Source: Nitrospirota bacterium (GTDB taxonomy: Bacteria > Nitrospirota > Thermodesulfovibrionia > Thermodesulfovibrionales > Dissulfurispiraceae). Taken from it: a stretch of 64,000 bases of DNA. Each line of letters begins with the position of its first letter. The stretch's first letter is position 1. The stretch spans positions 288,001 to 352,000 of the forward strand of contig CAWBMP010000004.1 in assembly GCA_963790025.1 (NCBI GenBank), written 5' to 3'. A program made the translations under genes and the position numbers. The notes beneath the pieces are model-generated. The model did not search any database and was not told the origin of the DNA. It saw only the letters and a program-made list of their open reading frames with translations. Below are positions 35,321-45,966 of this stretch, one piece after another.

Positions 35321-38082
35321 TTTTTAAGCGCCGCTTGTGCCGCTGCGAACCGCGCTACAGGCACCCTGAAAGGAGAGCAACTTACATAATCAAGACCGAT
35401 TTTATGGCAGAATTCAACTGACTTCGGTTCTCCGCCATGTTCGCCGCATATTCCTATTTTCAGCTCTTTCTTGACATTCCTGCCCTTTTCCACAGCTATG
35501 CGCATAAATGAGCCCACCCCGACCTGGTCAATGGTAATGAAAGGATCCTCTTTCAATATTCCGTTCTCAATGTAGAAAGGCAGGAACCCTCCGGCATCGT
35601 CTCTGGATAATCCGTAAACGGTTTGAGTAAGGTCATTCGTTCCGAAAGAATAGAAATCGGCCTGTGTCGCAATATCGCCGGCAGTCATGCATGCGCGAGG
35701 CAATTCTATCATGGTCCCTACTGTATACGGGACTTTCACTTTATATGCTTTCAACACGCTGCTTGCAGTACAAACAGTGAGACGCCTGAGCAGTTCAAGT
35801 TCATTGACATGCCCGACGAGCGGAATCATGATCTCAGGTATCACTTTTACCTTTTCCCTGGTCAGCTCGCAGGCCGCTTCCATAATGGCCTGCACCTGCA
35901 TCTCGTATATTTCAGGATAGGTGACCCCGAGACGGCAGCCGCGGTGTCCGAGCATCGGATTAAACTCATGCAAAAACTTGTTCTTTACAACAAGCCGTTC
36001 GAAAGGAACATTCATGTCCAGGGCCAATTCGTGCAATTCTTCATCGGTACTGGGCAGAAATTCGTGGAGAGGCGGGTCGAGAAGCCTGATCGTGACCGGC
36101 AGGCCTGCCATGGCCTTGAAAATACCGATAAAATCGACCTTCTGGAAAGGCAGAAGTTTTGCCAGGGCCTTCTTTCTCCCTTCGACGGTATCGGAAAGAA
36201 TCATCTCCCGCACCGCTTTTATCCTGTCGGGACCGAAAAACATATGCTCTGTTCTGCATAGACCTATTCCCTGGGCGCCAAAATTTCTCGCAACAGCGGC
36301 ATCATTCGGCGTATCGGCGTTGGTCCTGACTTTTAAAGTCCTGAACAGGTCTGCCAACTTCATCATTTCCTTATACCAGGGATTGTTTTCAGGGTCAGCC
36401 GGCAATAACGGCAACTTTCCTTCATAAACACGGCCCTTCGTACCATTGAGCGTTATCCAGTCACCCTCCCTGATGGTCCTGCCGTTCACATGGATTTCTT
36501 TGTCAGCGGCATTAATCTGAAGTGCCGAAGCGCCCACAATACAGCATTTACCCCATCCCCTTGCAACGAGGGCCGCGTGGCTGGTCATTCCTCCCTTAGC
36601 CGTCAAAATGGCCTCAGCAGCATGCATACCGTGAACATCCTCGGGAGAAGTTTCATTTCTTACCAGTATGACTTTTTCTCCACGCTTAGCCCAGGCAGCG
36701 GCATCATCGGCACTGAACACCACCTTGCCAACCGCTCCGCCCGGACCTGCGGGAAGACCCTTCGCCACCTCAATTGCCTTTTTCTCCGCAACCGGATCCA
36801 CGCTCGGATGCAGAAGTTCATCGAACTGGTCAGGCTTCACGCGTAAAATAGCAGTTTCCCTTGTAATCAGCCTTTGTTTTGCCATGTCAACGGCCATGCG
36901 TATCGCTGCCTGGCCGGTGCGTTTTCCTACTCTTGTCTGGAGCATCCAAAGCCTTCCGTCCTCAATGGTAAATTCAATATCCTGCATGTCCGTGTAATGC
37001 CTTTCAAGCTTGTTCCTGATAGAAACCAACTCCTTATAGACTCGCGGCATTTTCTCTTCAAGGGAAGGAAGATGTTTGGTATCTTCTGTTTTTCCGGCAT
37101 TGTTCACCGGGTTAGGGGTCCTTATGCCTGCCACGACATCTTCACCCTGCGCATTGGGCAGCCATTCTCCGAAGAACGCGTTCTCCCCGGTAGCAGGATT
37201 TCTTGTGAAAGCGACTCCGGTGGCTGAATTTTCGCCGGTATTGCCGAAGACCATGGATTGGACACTGACTGCTGTGCCCCAGTCTTCTGGTATTTTCTCG
37301 ATCCTGCGGTAAGCAATGGCCCGCTTTCCCATCCACGACTGAAAAACCGCGCCAATACCGCCCCACAACTGCTCCTGGTGGTCATCAGGGAATTCCTTTT
37401 TAAGGGTATTTTTGATAATCACCTTGAACGTATCGCAGAGTTTTTTCAGGTCATCGACTGAAAGATCGGTATCGTTATTGTATCCTTTCTCCCTTTTCAC
37501 ACTTTCCAACGCATGCTCAAGCTTATGGCGAACGGCCTGTCCCTCAGCCGGCTCTATCCCGGCCGCCTTCTCCATTACCACATCTGAATACATCATCATC
37601 AGGCGTCGGTATGCGTCATAGATAAAGCGTTCATTATTGGTCTTTTTTATCAGACCCGGAATTGTTTTTGATGTCAGGCCCACATTCAGGACCGTTTCCA
37701 TCATGCCAGGCATCGAACTGCGGGCCCCCGAGCGCACCGATACAAGAAGGGGGTTTTCGGCGTTTCCAAATTTTTTGCCCAGGATTTTTTCCACTTTCCC
37801 CAGTGCGGCGTCAACCTGGGGCTTTAATTCAGAAGGATATTTCTTGTTGTCTTTGTAATAAAGCGTGCATACTTCAGTGGTGATCGTGAAACCGGGCGGG
37901 ACCGGAATGCCCAGATTGACCATCTCCGCAATATTGGCGCCCTTGCCACCCAGCAGGTTTTTCATCTCGGCCTTTCCGTCGGCCTTGCCTCCTCCAAAAA
38001 AATAAACGTACTTCTTCTTCGCAGTCTTTGCAACCGCAGCAGCTCGCGCACTCTTTTTTACATTCTTAACAACCGTTGCCAT
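35314..38082 (-). CDS. ppdK: Pyruvate phosphate dikinase
   Basis: LLGGKGAN, SVRSGA..SMPGMM, GGMTSHAA, GIGLCRTEHMF, GICGEHGG. Confidence 0.99.
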   Translation of the reverse strand: MATVVKNVKKSARAAAVAKTAKKKYVYFFGGGKADGKAEMKNLLGGKGANIAEMVNLGIPVPPGFTITTEVCTLYYKDNKKYPSELKPQVDAALGKVEKILGKKFGNAENPLLVSVRSGARSSMPGMMETVLNVGLTSKTIPGLIKKTNNERFIYDAYRRLMMMYSDVVMEKAAGIEPAEGQAVRHKLEHALESVKREKGYNNDTDLSVDDLKKLCDTFKVIIKNTLKKEFPDDHQEQLWGGIGAVFQSWMGKRAIAYRRIEKIPEDWGTAVSVQSMVFGNTGENSATGVAFTRNPATGENAFFGEWLPNAQGEDVVAGIRTPNPVNNAGKTEDTKHLPSLEEKMPRVYKELVSIRNKLERHYTDMQDIEFTIEDGRLWMLQTRVGKRTGQAAIRMAVDMAKQRLITRETAILRVKPDQFDELLHPSVDPVAEKKAIEVAKGLPAGPGGAVGKVVFSADDAAAWAKRGEKVILVRNETSPEDVHGMHAAEAILTAKGGMTSHAALVARGWGKCCIVGASALQINAADKEIHVNGRTIREGDWITLNGTKGRVYEGKLPLLPADPENNPWYKEMMKLADLFRTLKVRTNADTPNDAAVARNFGAQGIGLCRTEHMFFGPDRIKAVREMILSDTVEGRKKALAKLLPFQKVDFIGIFKAMAGLPVTIRLLDPPLHEFLPSTDEELHELALDMNVPFERLVVKNKFLHEFNPMLGHRGCRLGVTYPEIYEMQVQAIMEAACELTREKVKVIPEIMIPLVGHVNELELLRRLTVCTASSVLKAYKVKVPYTVGTMIELPRACMTAGDIATQADFYSFGTNDLTQTVYGLSRDDAGGFLPFYIENGILKEDPFITIDQVGVGSFMRIAVEKGRNVKKELKIGICGEHGGEPKSVEFCHKIGLDYVSCSPFRVPVARFAAAQAALKKQ

Positions 38083-38230
38083 CCAATCCCTCCAGCTCTA
38101 TGATTTAATATTTATAAGCGTGCGTATGGTCTCGTGCATTATATAGTAGAATACATTGGAAAAAGAAAAATTTCAACAAAACTGTAATAAAAGGACCGGC
38201 AGCGGCAGGCTGCTTCTCTACGCGCTGAAA

Positions 38231-39226
38231 CTACTTCGCTGTATTTATCGTCAGCCCATTGTATTCGATCAACCGCAGATCGTCCTCGTAGGTCCTGCCT
38301 GTAGTGGTAAGGTAATTTCCGGTGAGTATAGCATCGGCGCCTGCCATGAACACCATGGAATTGAATTCACCAAGCACCTGCAATCTGCCTCCACACACAC
38401 GTATTTGTTTGTCCGGCAAAATAAAGCGGTAAAGACTGATTATTCTAAGCGCCTCAAGGGGATGGAGATGTGCCTTTTCACCCAACCGGGTGCCTTTGAC
38501 CGGTATAAGAAAATTGATCGGTACAGAGTCAACACCCAGGTCCCTTAATGCAAAAGCCATTTCCACCCTATCGGTCCATGCCTCCCCGATGCCGAATATG
38601 CCTCCAGAGCATACCGAAAGCCCGGCAGAAAGCGCGTCCTCAATGGTACTAAGTTTGTCCTGATATGTATGGGTCCTGCAAATCTCCGGGAAAAACCTTT
38701 CGGATGTTTCAAGATTATGATGATACCGGACAAGGCCGCATTCCCTGAGATATGCCAGTTCCTCTTTGTTGAGAAGCCCGAGAGTGGCACAGGGCAAAAG
38801 ACCTATGCCACTGATGTCCTGAATCATGCCGCCTATCTTACCGAGTTCGTTTCTACCGACCTTTCTGCCGCTTGTAACGATGCAGAATCTCCTTACCCCG
38901 GCGCGTTTTGCCTCCACTGCCTTTTCAATTATTTTTCTTTTCTCCAGGAGAGGATAGACCGCGATGCCGGTCCCGGCCTTCGATGACTGGGCGCAGTACG
39001 AGCAGTCTTCAGAACACGCTCCTGATTTCGCATTGACAATAGCGCACAAATCGACACTGTCACCGCTGAAGCACTGTCGAATCCCGTTTGCCGCAGCAAA
39101 AAGATCGGCATCGGTATAATCAGCAACATCCTGTAACCCGCATATCCAAAGGGCATCAGCTGGAGTAATGGACCCTCCAGCGATCACCTTATCTCTCAGA
39201 GTTTCAATGCCGAAGCTCGAAATCAT
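38231..39226 (-). CDS. bioB: Biotin synthase
   Basis: NAKSGACSEDCSYCAQS, YHHNLET, VCSGGIFG, SVPINFL, GNYLTT. Confidence 0.97.
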   Translation of the reverse strand: MISSFGIETLRDKVIAGGSITPADALWICGLQDVADYTDADLFAAANGIRQCFSGDSVDLCAIVNAKSGACSEDCSYCAQSSKAGTGIAVYPLLEKRKIIEKAVEAKRAGVRRFCIVTSGRKVGRNELGKIGGMIQDISGIGLLPCATLGLLNKEELAYLRECGLVRYHHNLETSERFFPEICRTHTYQDKLSTIEDALSAGLSVCSGGIFGIGEAWTDRVEMAFALRDLGVDSVPINFLIPVKGTRLGEKAHLHPLEALRIISLYRFILPDKQIRVCGGRLQVLGEFNSMVFMAGADAILTGNYLTTTGRTYEDDLRLIEYNGLTINTAK

Positions 39227-39479
39227 CGAAGCCCTGAAATTGATTTTCCCAAATCAACTCTACCCCGGTAACATGCGAAGCAGGCGAACCCTGCTTGCAT
39301 TTCAGGATGGCCTGATCAATGACCTCCCGGTCCCCTTCAAAGACAGCCTCTACTCTGCCGTCAGGAAGGTTCCTTACCCATCCGCACAACCCCAATACGT
39401 CAGCGACATCACGGGTGAACCACCGGAAGTTCACTCCCTGCACTCGTCCCGATATATAAAGATGCGCCCTCGCCTTCAT
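39204..39479 (-). CDS. acyP: Acylphosphatase
   Basis: SGRVQGVNFR, GWVRNLPDGRVEA. Confidence 0.95.
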   Translation of the reverse strand: MKARAHLYISGRVQGVNFRWFTRDVADVLGLCGWVRNLPDGRVEAVFEGDREVIDQAILKCKQGSPASHVTGVELIWENQFQGFDDFELRH

Positions 39480-39504
39480 TTTAGAATTATACAATACTAA
39501 TAAA

Positions 39505-39679
39505 GAAAGTGCAGGGACAGACTGTTTATCGGAGCAACAGCACGGGTCTGCCGTGACGGGGGCGAGTGACGCCGGGCCCCAACAGCGAATAGGCAGGAAT
39601 AACGCTGCTGCTATATAAATTTGGCATTGGAAGGAAAGTAGCTTTAGCGCGCAGAGAAACAGTCCGTCCCTGCACTTTC
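39505..39679. mobile_element. MITE-like element (175 bp), 26-bp TIRs, long member of the GAAAGT.CAGGG family
   Basis: gaaagtgcagggacagactgtttatc / gagaaacagtccgtccctgcactttc (2 mismatches); four internal short hairpins. Confidence 0.75.
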
Positions 39680-39682
39680 CTT

Positions 39683-40390
39683 TTATTCTCCCAGATACGC
39701 CTTTTTGACAGCCTCGTTGTCCAATAGCTCTTCCCTGCTCCCATGCATGGTGACTATCCCTCCCTCAAGCACGTAACCGCGGCTGGACAGCTTCAATGCG
39801 GCCCTGGCGTTCTGTTCGACCAGAAGTATTGTAACACCTTCGCTGTTGATGTCCCTGATCGTCCTGAATATCCTGCTCACCATAATAGGGGCCAGCCCAA
39901 GCGATGGTTCATCCAGTAACAGGAGTTTCGGGTCCGACATCAGCGCCCTTCCAACAGCCAGCATCTGCTGCTCCCCACCGCTCAAGGTGCCACCTGTCTG
40001 TTCCCCGCGGTCTCTGAGGACCGGAAAGAGATCAAAAACCTTTTCCATCTGCTTTTTCACCCTCCCCCTCGCCAGTTGCAGAATAAAGGCGCCCATTTCC
40101 AGGTTTTCAATTACAGTCAAACGCGGGAATATCCTCCGTCCCTCCGGCACCTGGCATATGCCCTTTTCGACGATCCTGTGAGGAGCATTATCGTTTATCG
40201 CCTCTCCCTCAAAAACAATATTTCCGGCGTCCGGCTGCATGATCCCGGAAATGGTCATCAGTGTCGTCGTCTTGCCGGCGCCATTGCTGCCTATGAGACA
40301 GACAATCTCACCATTGTGTACCTCAATGTCTATCCCACGAATGGCCTTTATGGGGCCATATGACGCATGGACGCCGCTAAGCTTTAACAC
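39683..40390 (-). CDS. livF: Branched-chain amino acid ABC transporter ATP-binding protein
   Basis: GSNGAGKTT, VPEGRRIF, LSGGEQQML, LLDEPSLGLAP; start likely GTG 40390. Confidence 0.95.
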   Translation of the reverse strand: MLKLSGVHASYGPIKAIRGIDIEVHNGEIVCLIGSNGAGKTTTLMTISGIMQPDAGNIVFEGEAINDNAPHRIVEKGICQVPEGRRIFPRLTVIENLEMGAFILQLARGRVKKQMEKVFDLFPVLRDRGEQTGGTLSGGEQQMLAVGRALMSDPKLLLLDEPSLGLAPIMVSRIFRTIRDINSEGVTILLVEQNARAALKLSSRGYVLEGGIVTMHGSREELLDNEAVKKAYLGE

Positions 40391-41162
40391 CTGACTGCAC
40401 CGCCTCTCTTCCCAGGTATGCATCTATTACAAGCGGGTCGTTGCGCACCGCTTCGGGAATGCCTTCCGCAATTTTGACGCCGTGATCCAGAACGATAATC
40501 CACTCTGATATACCCATAACCAGTTTCATGTCGTGCTCTATTAGAACAATTGTTTTACCGAGATCTCTTATTTGCCCGATAAGCTTCATGACGTCCATGG
40601 TTTCGATCGCATTCATGCCCGCAGTCGGCTCATCGAGCAGCAGGAGTCTGGGCTCCGTAGCCAGCGCCCGCGCGATTTCAAGTCTCCTCTGGCTTCCATA
40701 GGAAAGATTACAGGCGGGTATGTGGGGAAAATCCTCCAGTCCCACAAATCCGACGTATTCAGCGGCCTTCTCAACTATGCACCGCTCCTTCCGCCTAAAG
40801 GCCCTGTCGTGCATCACAGCGCTAAACAGACCATAACGCATACGCACATGCTGGGCCACCATAACATTTTCAATGACCGTCATCTCAGGGAACAGTCGTA
40901 TGTTCTGAAAAGTTCGTGCAATGCCCAATCCGGTGACACGGTGTGGAGGCAGCTTAGATATTTCATGTTCCAGGAAATGTATTGAACCCCTGCCCGGACG
41001 CGTAATACCGGTGAGACAATTGAATAGCGTGGTTTTGCCGGCGCCGTTGGGCCCTATAATGCTGACAATAGCACCTTCCCTGATTTTGAAGCTGATATCC
41101 TCTATCGCCTTGATCCCGCCGAAATGTTTACTCACACCCCGCGTTTCTAAAATATGCACCAT
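40377..41162 (-). CDS. livG: Branched-chain amino acid ABC transporter ATP-binding protein
   Basis: GPNGAGKTT, GIARTFQNIRLF, LSYGSQRRLEIARAL, AYLG. Confidence 0.95.
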   Translation of the reverse strand: MVHILETRGVSKHFGGIKAIEDISFKIREGAIVSIIGPNGAGKTTLFNCLTGITRPGRGSIHFLEHEISKLPPHRVTGLGIARTFQNIRLFPEMTVIENVMVAQHVRMRYGLFSAVMHDRAFRRKERCIVEKAAEYVGFVGLEDFPHIPACNLSYGSQRRLEIARALATEPRLLLLDEPTAGMNAIETMDVMKLIGQIRDLGKTIVLIEHDMKLVMGISEWIIVLDHGVKIAEGIPEAVRNDPLVIDAYLGREAVQSGVKA

Positions 41163-42256
41163 TAATCCTCCACATGCAGCACGTTGCCGCTCTTTCGCAG
41201 GCTCTTCCCCAGCAATCCTTCGGGCTTGAATATCATCAGTAATACGAGACCGATTCCAAGCATTAGCATACGGTAAAGCTGCACGTCCCGCAATATCTCA
41301 GGTAACAATACAAGAATAAAAGCACCCAAAATCGCACCGTAGATATTGCCGATCCCTCCCAATATCACCATGCTCAAAATCAGCACCGACTCTCCAAAAG
41401 TAAAGCTCTCAGGCGATATAAACCGCATTTTTGCTGCAAAAAGCACTCCCGCTATGCCTGCCCAAAAGGTGCCGAATGCAAAGGCATACAGCTTATATCG
41501 TGTCGTGTTTATACCCATGGAGGCGGCGGCAATTTCATTCTCGCGCAACGCTATCCAGGCCCTTCCTATCCTCGACCGCTCAACCCGCCTGATAATAAAA
41601 ACCGACAAGAGGACAATCACAAGGACAAGATAATAGAAATACCGCAAATTGCTCAGCGGCAAACCAAACAAGAACGGAGGAGCAATGCCCGATATACCGT
41701 TTGGACCTTTGGTAACGCTGTCCCAGTTATTCAGCACCAATCGAAGTATCTCGCCGAAGCCGAGCGTAACAATAGCAAGGTAATCACCCCTCAGCCTTAA
41801 TGCAGGCACCGCAACGAGCAGTCCTGTGCATGCACTGCATGCCGCCGAGATCGGCAAAGCGGGCCAGAATCCGACCCCCAGTTTTGTGTTAAGGAGTCCA
41901 TAGGTATAAGCGCCGATTGCATAAAATGCGGCAAAGCCCAGGTTCAGGAGTCCGGCATATCCAACAATAACATTAAGACCGAGCGCAAGGAGAATATAGA
42001 TGCCCGACATTATGAGCACATCGACATAATAATTGCTTACCAGGAAAGGAACTGCAAGCGCCAGCATAAAAAAGACCGGGAGAACATAAGGCCGGAAAAC
42101 CGAAACAACTGTATAGAGATATTTAAAGGGGGAGGTCCCCTTACGCAAGAAACGGAAAACCGGGATGCCTGCCGCGATTATCAGGAACAGGACCGCTGCT
42201 GCCTTCAGCCCCTTGAAGGGCAGGAACAATAGCGCCGCCCACAAGGCAATTCTCAC
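41162..42256 (-). CDS. livM: Branched-chain amino acid ABC transporter permease
   Basis: LGLNVIVGYAGLL.LG, LRLRGDYLAIVTLGFGEI. Confidence 0.95.
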   Translation of the reverse strand: MRIALWAALLFLPFKGLKAAAVLFLIIAAGIPVFRFLRKGTSPFKYLYTVVSVFRPYVLPVFFMLALAVPFLVSNYYVDVLIMSGIYILLALGLNVIVGYAGLLNLGFAAFYAIGAYTYGLLNTKLGVGFWPALPISAACSACTGLLVAVPALRLRGDYLAIVTLGFGEILRLVLNNWDSVTKGPNGISGIAPPFLFGLPLSNLRYFYYLVLVIVLLSVFIIRRVERSRIGRAWIALRENEIAAASMGINTTRYKLYAFAFGTFWAGIAGVLFAAKMRFISPESFTFGESVLILSMVILGGIGNIYGAILGAFILVLLPEILRDVQLYRMLMLGIGLVLLMIFKPEGLLGKSLRKSGNVLHVED

Positions 42257-43152
42257 ACCTTTTCCTCCGAATGCCGCCCCATAATACCTGAAGGTTTTAT
42301 CAAAAGGATAATTATGAGAATTACAAAGGCATAGGCATCCTTATATTCGCTTGAAATATATGCAGCGCCTGTACTTTCTATAAGGCCGAGGATAAGACCG
42401 CCAAGCATGGCCCCGGGAATGCTTCCGATGCCGCCCAATACCGCTGCAGTAAAAGCCTTTATCCCCGCAACATACCCTATGTAATGATTGACCAATCCAT
42501 AGTAGGAGGCCACCATAACTCCGGCTACTGCTGCAAGTCCCGCACCGATGATAAAGGTAAGCGAAATAATGCTGTCAACGTTGATGCCGACCAGCGCCGC
42601 CATGGTCTTGTCCTGGGCAGTGGCCCTCATGGCCTTGCCCATGCGCGTTCTCTGAAACAAATGAAGGGAAATCATGAGCAAGGCGGACACTACAAGAATA
42701 ACTGCCTGAAGGGAAGTAATTTCTGCGTTCATGAAGTGCAGATGCTTTTCTCCAAAACGGTATGGGAACACCTTGTCCGTTGCACCCTGCGTAATCATGA
42801 CATAATTTTGAAGGAAGATCGAAACACCGATCGCGCTTATAAGGGGGCTCAATCTGGGAGCGTTTCTCAGAGGCTTATAGGCAACTTTTTCCATGGTAAA
42901 TCCGTAAGCAGAACAGAAAAAAACCGCCAAAACAACAGTCAGGAGCACAGCCAGCGGCATGCTGAAGGCGGTGAGACCGATGGAGGTAAAAATGCCGAGG
43001 AAAATAATGCCAAGATAAGCGCCGAGCATATAAATCTCCCCGTGGGCGAAGTTAATAAGTTCGAGGATGCCATATACCATGGTGTAGCCCAGGGCAATAA
43101 TGGCGTAAACGCTCCCAAGCGTCAAACCGTTAATGACTTGCTGGAGCAGCAT
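42253..43152 (-). CDS. livH: Branched-chain amino acid ABC transporter permease
   Basis: QQVINGLTLGSVYA.IALGYTMVYG, INFAHGE, KAFTAAVLGGIG; start ATG 43152. Confidence 0.95.
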   Translation of the reverse strand: MLLQQVINGLTLGSVYAIIALGYTMVYGILELINFAHGEIYMLGAYLGIIFLGIFTSIGLTAFSMPLAVLLTVVLAVFFCSAYGFTMEKVAYKPLRNAPRLSPLISAIGVSIFLQNYVMITQGATDKVFPYRFGEKHLHFMNAEITSLQAVILVVSALLMISLHLFQRTRMGKAMRATAQDKTMAALVGINVDSIISLTFIIGAGLAAVAGVMVASYYGLVNHYIGYVAGIKAFTAAVLGGIGSIPGAMLGGLILGLIESTGAAYISSEYKDAYAFVILIIILLIKPSGIMGRHSEEKV

Positions 43153-43259
43153 AGCATGAGATTGTAGCAAAAAGGCCGGAGTATTGTCATTTCTGTAATA
43201 ACTTAGTAACATCCTTATGTTAAGCTATTTATCAGTTTACCCATAGGAGGTAACAGAAG

Positions 43260-45011
43260 TTGCGCCGTTCATTTATCTCTCTAATTCTGCTTGCCTCCCT
43301 TTTGGCCGGCTACACCGCCAGTTATGCTGTATCTGACGATGATCCGGCAATACACGAGGCCGCAGAACGCCCAGTCCGCTGGAGTGACAGTCATGTTGCC
43401 TCAGGCACCACTCCTGATTCACATATCCACATAAAAATTCTTGCCATCAATGACTTTCACGGCCACCTGTCTGAAGGACGCATCATCGGCAACCGTCGGG
43501 CAGGCGGGGCTGCTGTACTGACATCATACCTTAAGGCGGCTGAAAGGGGCATAGAATACAGAACAATCATAGTGCATGCCGGTGATCACGTGGGAGCTTC
43601 TCCCCCGGTCTCTGCCCAGCTCAAAGATGAGCCTTCGATCATGTTCATGAACACACTTGCAAATAAACATTGTTCAAGTGGAGACCGGTCAGCCGAAAGG
43701 TGTAATATGGCCGCCACGATAGGGAACCACGAATTCGATAAAGGAGTGCCTGAAATGATGCGCCTCATATACGGAGGTAATCATCCTGAGGGTCCATTTC
43801 TTGAGGACCCCTGGCGCGGGGCTTTGTTTCCTTATGTGGTGTCAAATGTCGTAGATACAAAAACAGGAAGGCATATCCTGCCTCCATATGTTATAAAGAA
43901 TGTAAATGGCATTCGTATTGCCTTTATAGGCGTTGTGCTCAAAGACACGCCTTCCATTATATCTGCCTCTGCATCAGCAGGTCTTACTTTTCTTGATGAG
44001 GCAGGGTCCGTAAACAAATATATTCCCGAATTCAGGGCCAAACATGTGGAGGCTGTCATTGTGCTGATACATCAGGGAGGCTACCAGTCTTCATACCGGG
44101 GCGCAACACTGTCCGGACAAACTGTCGAGGGTCCCATTACCGATATAGTCTCACGCCTGGATGATAAAGTAGACATTGTCATATCCGGTCATACACACAC
44201 ATTTATCAATGCCCTTTTGAAAAATAAACGCGGCAAAGACATCCTGGTTACCCAGGCTTTTTCCTACGGTACTGCCTACGCTGATATCGATCTTGACATA
44301 GACCGCAACACGAAAAGAATTATCGGGAAGTCGGCTTCCATTGTCACCACTTATGACGATGCAGGCCCGGGGTTGACTCCAGACCCGGCAGTTTCAAAGC
44401 TCGTGGCAGCGGCTGAAGCAAAAGTGGGACCTCTGGTCCATCGCGTCATAGGACAGACATTAACAGAGATTACCGGCACACAGAACAGTGACGGGGAATC
44501 GGCACTCGGCAATCTGATTGCCGATGCCCAGAGGGCAGCTTATGACGCCGATTTCGCCTTTACGAACCCTGGCGGGATACGCGACGATATACATGCAGGA
44601 CCCGTTACATGGGGGCAACTCTACAGCGTGCAGCCATTCAACAATTATATGGTCAGGATGAATCTTACAGGCAGACAGATCTATGAGCTGTTAAATGAGC
44701 AGTGGCTTGATCAACCGCATCCGCGCATGCTCCAGATCTCGGGTCTCACTTACACGTGGGACAGTACGCTTCCGGCGGGCAAAGGCGTTGCAGAAATACG
44801 CCGTAACGGCAGGCCGATTGATCCTGCTTTGGTTTACACCGTAGTTGTGAACAGCTTTCTCGCCGGTGGGGGGGATAATTTCAAGGTCCTCGCCAGGGGG
44901 ACAAACCGGACAACAGGAATTATCGATCTTGACGCACTTGTGAACTATATCCGGAAATTGCCGCAGCCTTTTTCAGCACAGATAACCGGAAGGATCAAGA
45001 AAATCAAGTAA
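43260..45011 (+). CDS. Exported bifunctional metallophosphatase / 5'-nucleotidase
   Basis: NDFHG, AGD, GNHEFD, SGHTH, NPGGIR, QPF.N, GGD; signal peptide. Confidence 0.93.
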   Translation: MRRSFISLILLASLLAGYTASYAVSDDDPAIHEAAERPVRWSDSHVASGTTPDSHIHIKILAINDFHGHLSEGRIIGNRRAGGAAVLTSYLKAAERGIEYRTIIVHAGDHVGASPPVSAQLKDEPSIMFMNTLANKHCSSGDRSAERCNMAATIGNHEFDKGVPEMMRLIYGGNHPEGPFLEDPWRGALFPYVVSNVVDTKTGRHILPPYVIKNVNGIRIAFIGVVLKDTPSIISASASAGLTFLDEAGSVNKYIPEFRAKHVEAVIVLIHQGGYQSSYRGATLSGQTVEGPITDIVSRLDDKVDIVISGHTHTFINALLKNKRGKDILVTQAFSYGTAYADIDLDIDRNTKRIIGKSASIVTTYDDAGPGLTPDPAVSKLVAAAEAKVGPLVHRVIGQTLTEITGTQNSDGESALGNLIADAQRAAYDADFAFTNPGGIRDDIHAGPVTWGQLYSVQPFNNYMVRMNLTGRQIYELLNEQWLDQPHPRMLQISGLTYTWDSTLPAGKGVAEIRRNGRPIDPALVYTVVVNSFLAGGGDNFKVLARGTNRTTGIIDLDALVNYIRKLPQPFSAQITGRIKKIK

Positions 45012-45027
45012 AAACCTCCAACTTTTT

Positions 45028-45948
45028 TTACTTTTTACTTAAATAACTTTCAGGGTTTTCCGTTATGCACTTCATTATCATGTCTTTGGCCAATCCAGTT
45101 TCTATCAGCCTCGATGCTGCCTCGGGTATGCTCATACTGCCCCCTATAAGAGTCCCATTTCTGTCGGTAACGCCCTGAACAGGCATTCTCGTTTTTGACT
45201 CACGCACCGAATCAGACACGATTATTATTCTTGAGGGATTTTTTACTTTGAATATCAAGCCAATTGTTGCGCAGTGCAGATGGTTGGGATCAGCAATGAC
45301 TTCAATATAGACCTCCCGGTTGTGAAGTCCGAATCCGGCAATCCCCGGCTCGCGGTGGTGAAATGAACGCATCGCATTAAATATATGCGTGATGCCATGT
45401 GCGCCTGCGTTAAACCCTCTCTCCGCCTCACTGTATGTAGCATCCGAGTGTCCCATGCTCGGAATAATCCCCCTATCAGCTATCTTCTTTATTAACCCTG
45501 CCGCGCCGTTCATTTCAGGTGCAATGGTGATGATTTTTACCATCTCCTCAAATCCCTCAATAAGCTCCTGCAAATAATATTCCGTAGGCTCCAGGAACAC
45601 CATTGCATTCAAAGAGCCGCATTTTGAGAAATTCAGAAATGGACCTTCAAGGTGCACTCCGGCAATCCTGGATGCTTCGTGGAAAACAGCCGGGGTGTCC
45701 TTTTCCCGTACTCTGAGGCTTCTGTCTTCTGTCTGTCTTCTGCCCTCCGATTTCTGCTTCTCCATCGCCTTCCTGACGACTTCCATATTCTGCCTCATGA
45801 CTTTTATCGTTGAAGGGTATATGGTGGGGACAATTTCAGAAACGCCAAGCAAGCCCTGAATATCCGCCATTGCGAGAATATGCTCCTTGTCGGCAGTCCG
45901 CGTGTCGTACCCGCCAATGCCGTGTGTATGCACATCGATAACTTTCAT
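45028..45948 (-). CDS. nagA: N-acetylglucosamine-6-phosphate deacetylase (short form)
   Basis: IDVHTHG, GVHLEGPF, TIAPE, GHSDA, THIFNAM, VSD. Confidence 0.9.
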   Translation of the reverse strand: MKVIDVHTHGIGGYDTRTADKEHILAMADIQGLLGVSEIVPTIYPSTIKVMRQNMEVVRKAMEKQKSEGRRQTEDRSLRVREKDTPAVFHEASRIAGVHLEGPFLNFSKCGSLNAMVFLEPTEYYLQELIEGFEEMVKIITIAPEMNGAAGLIKKIADRGIIPSMGHSDATYSEAERGFNAGAHGITHIFNAMRSFHHREPGIAGFGLHNREVYIEVIADPNHLHCATIGLIFKVKNPSRIIIVSDSVRESKTRMPVQGVTDRNGTLIGGSMSIPEAASRLIETGLAKDMIMKCITENPESYLSKK

Positions 45949-45966
45949 AAGGGTATATTATCACAC

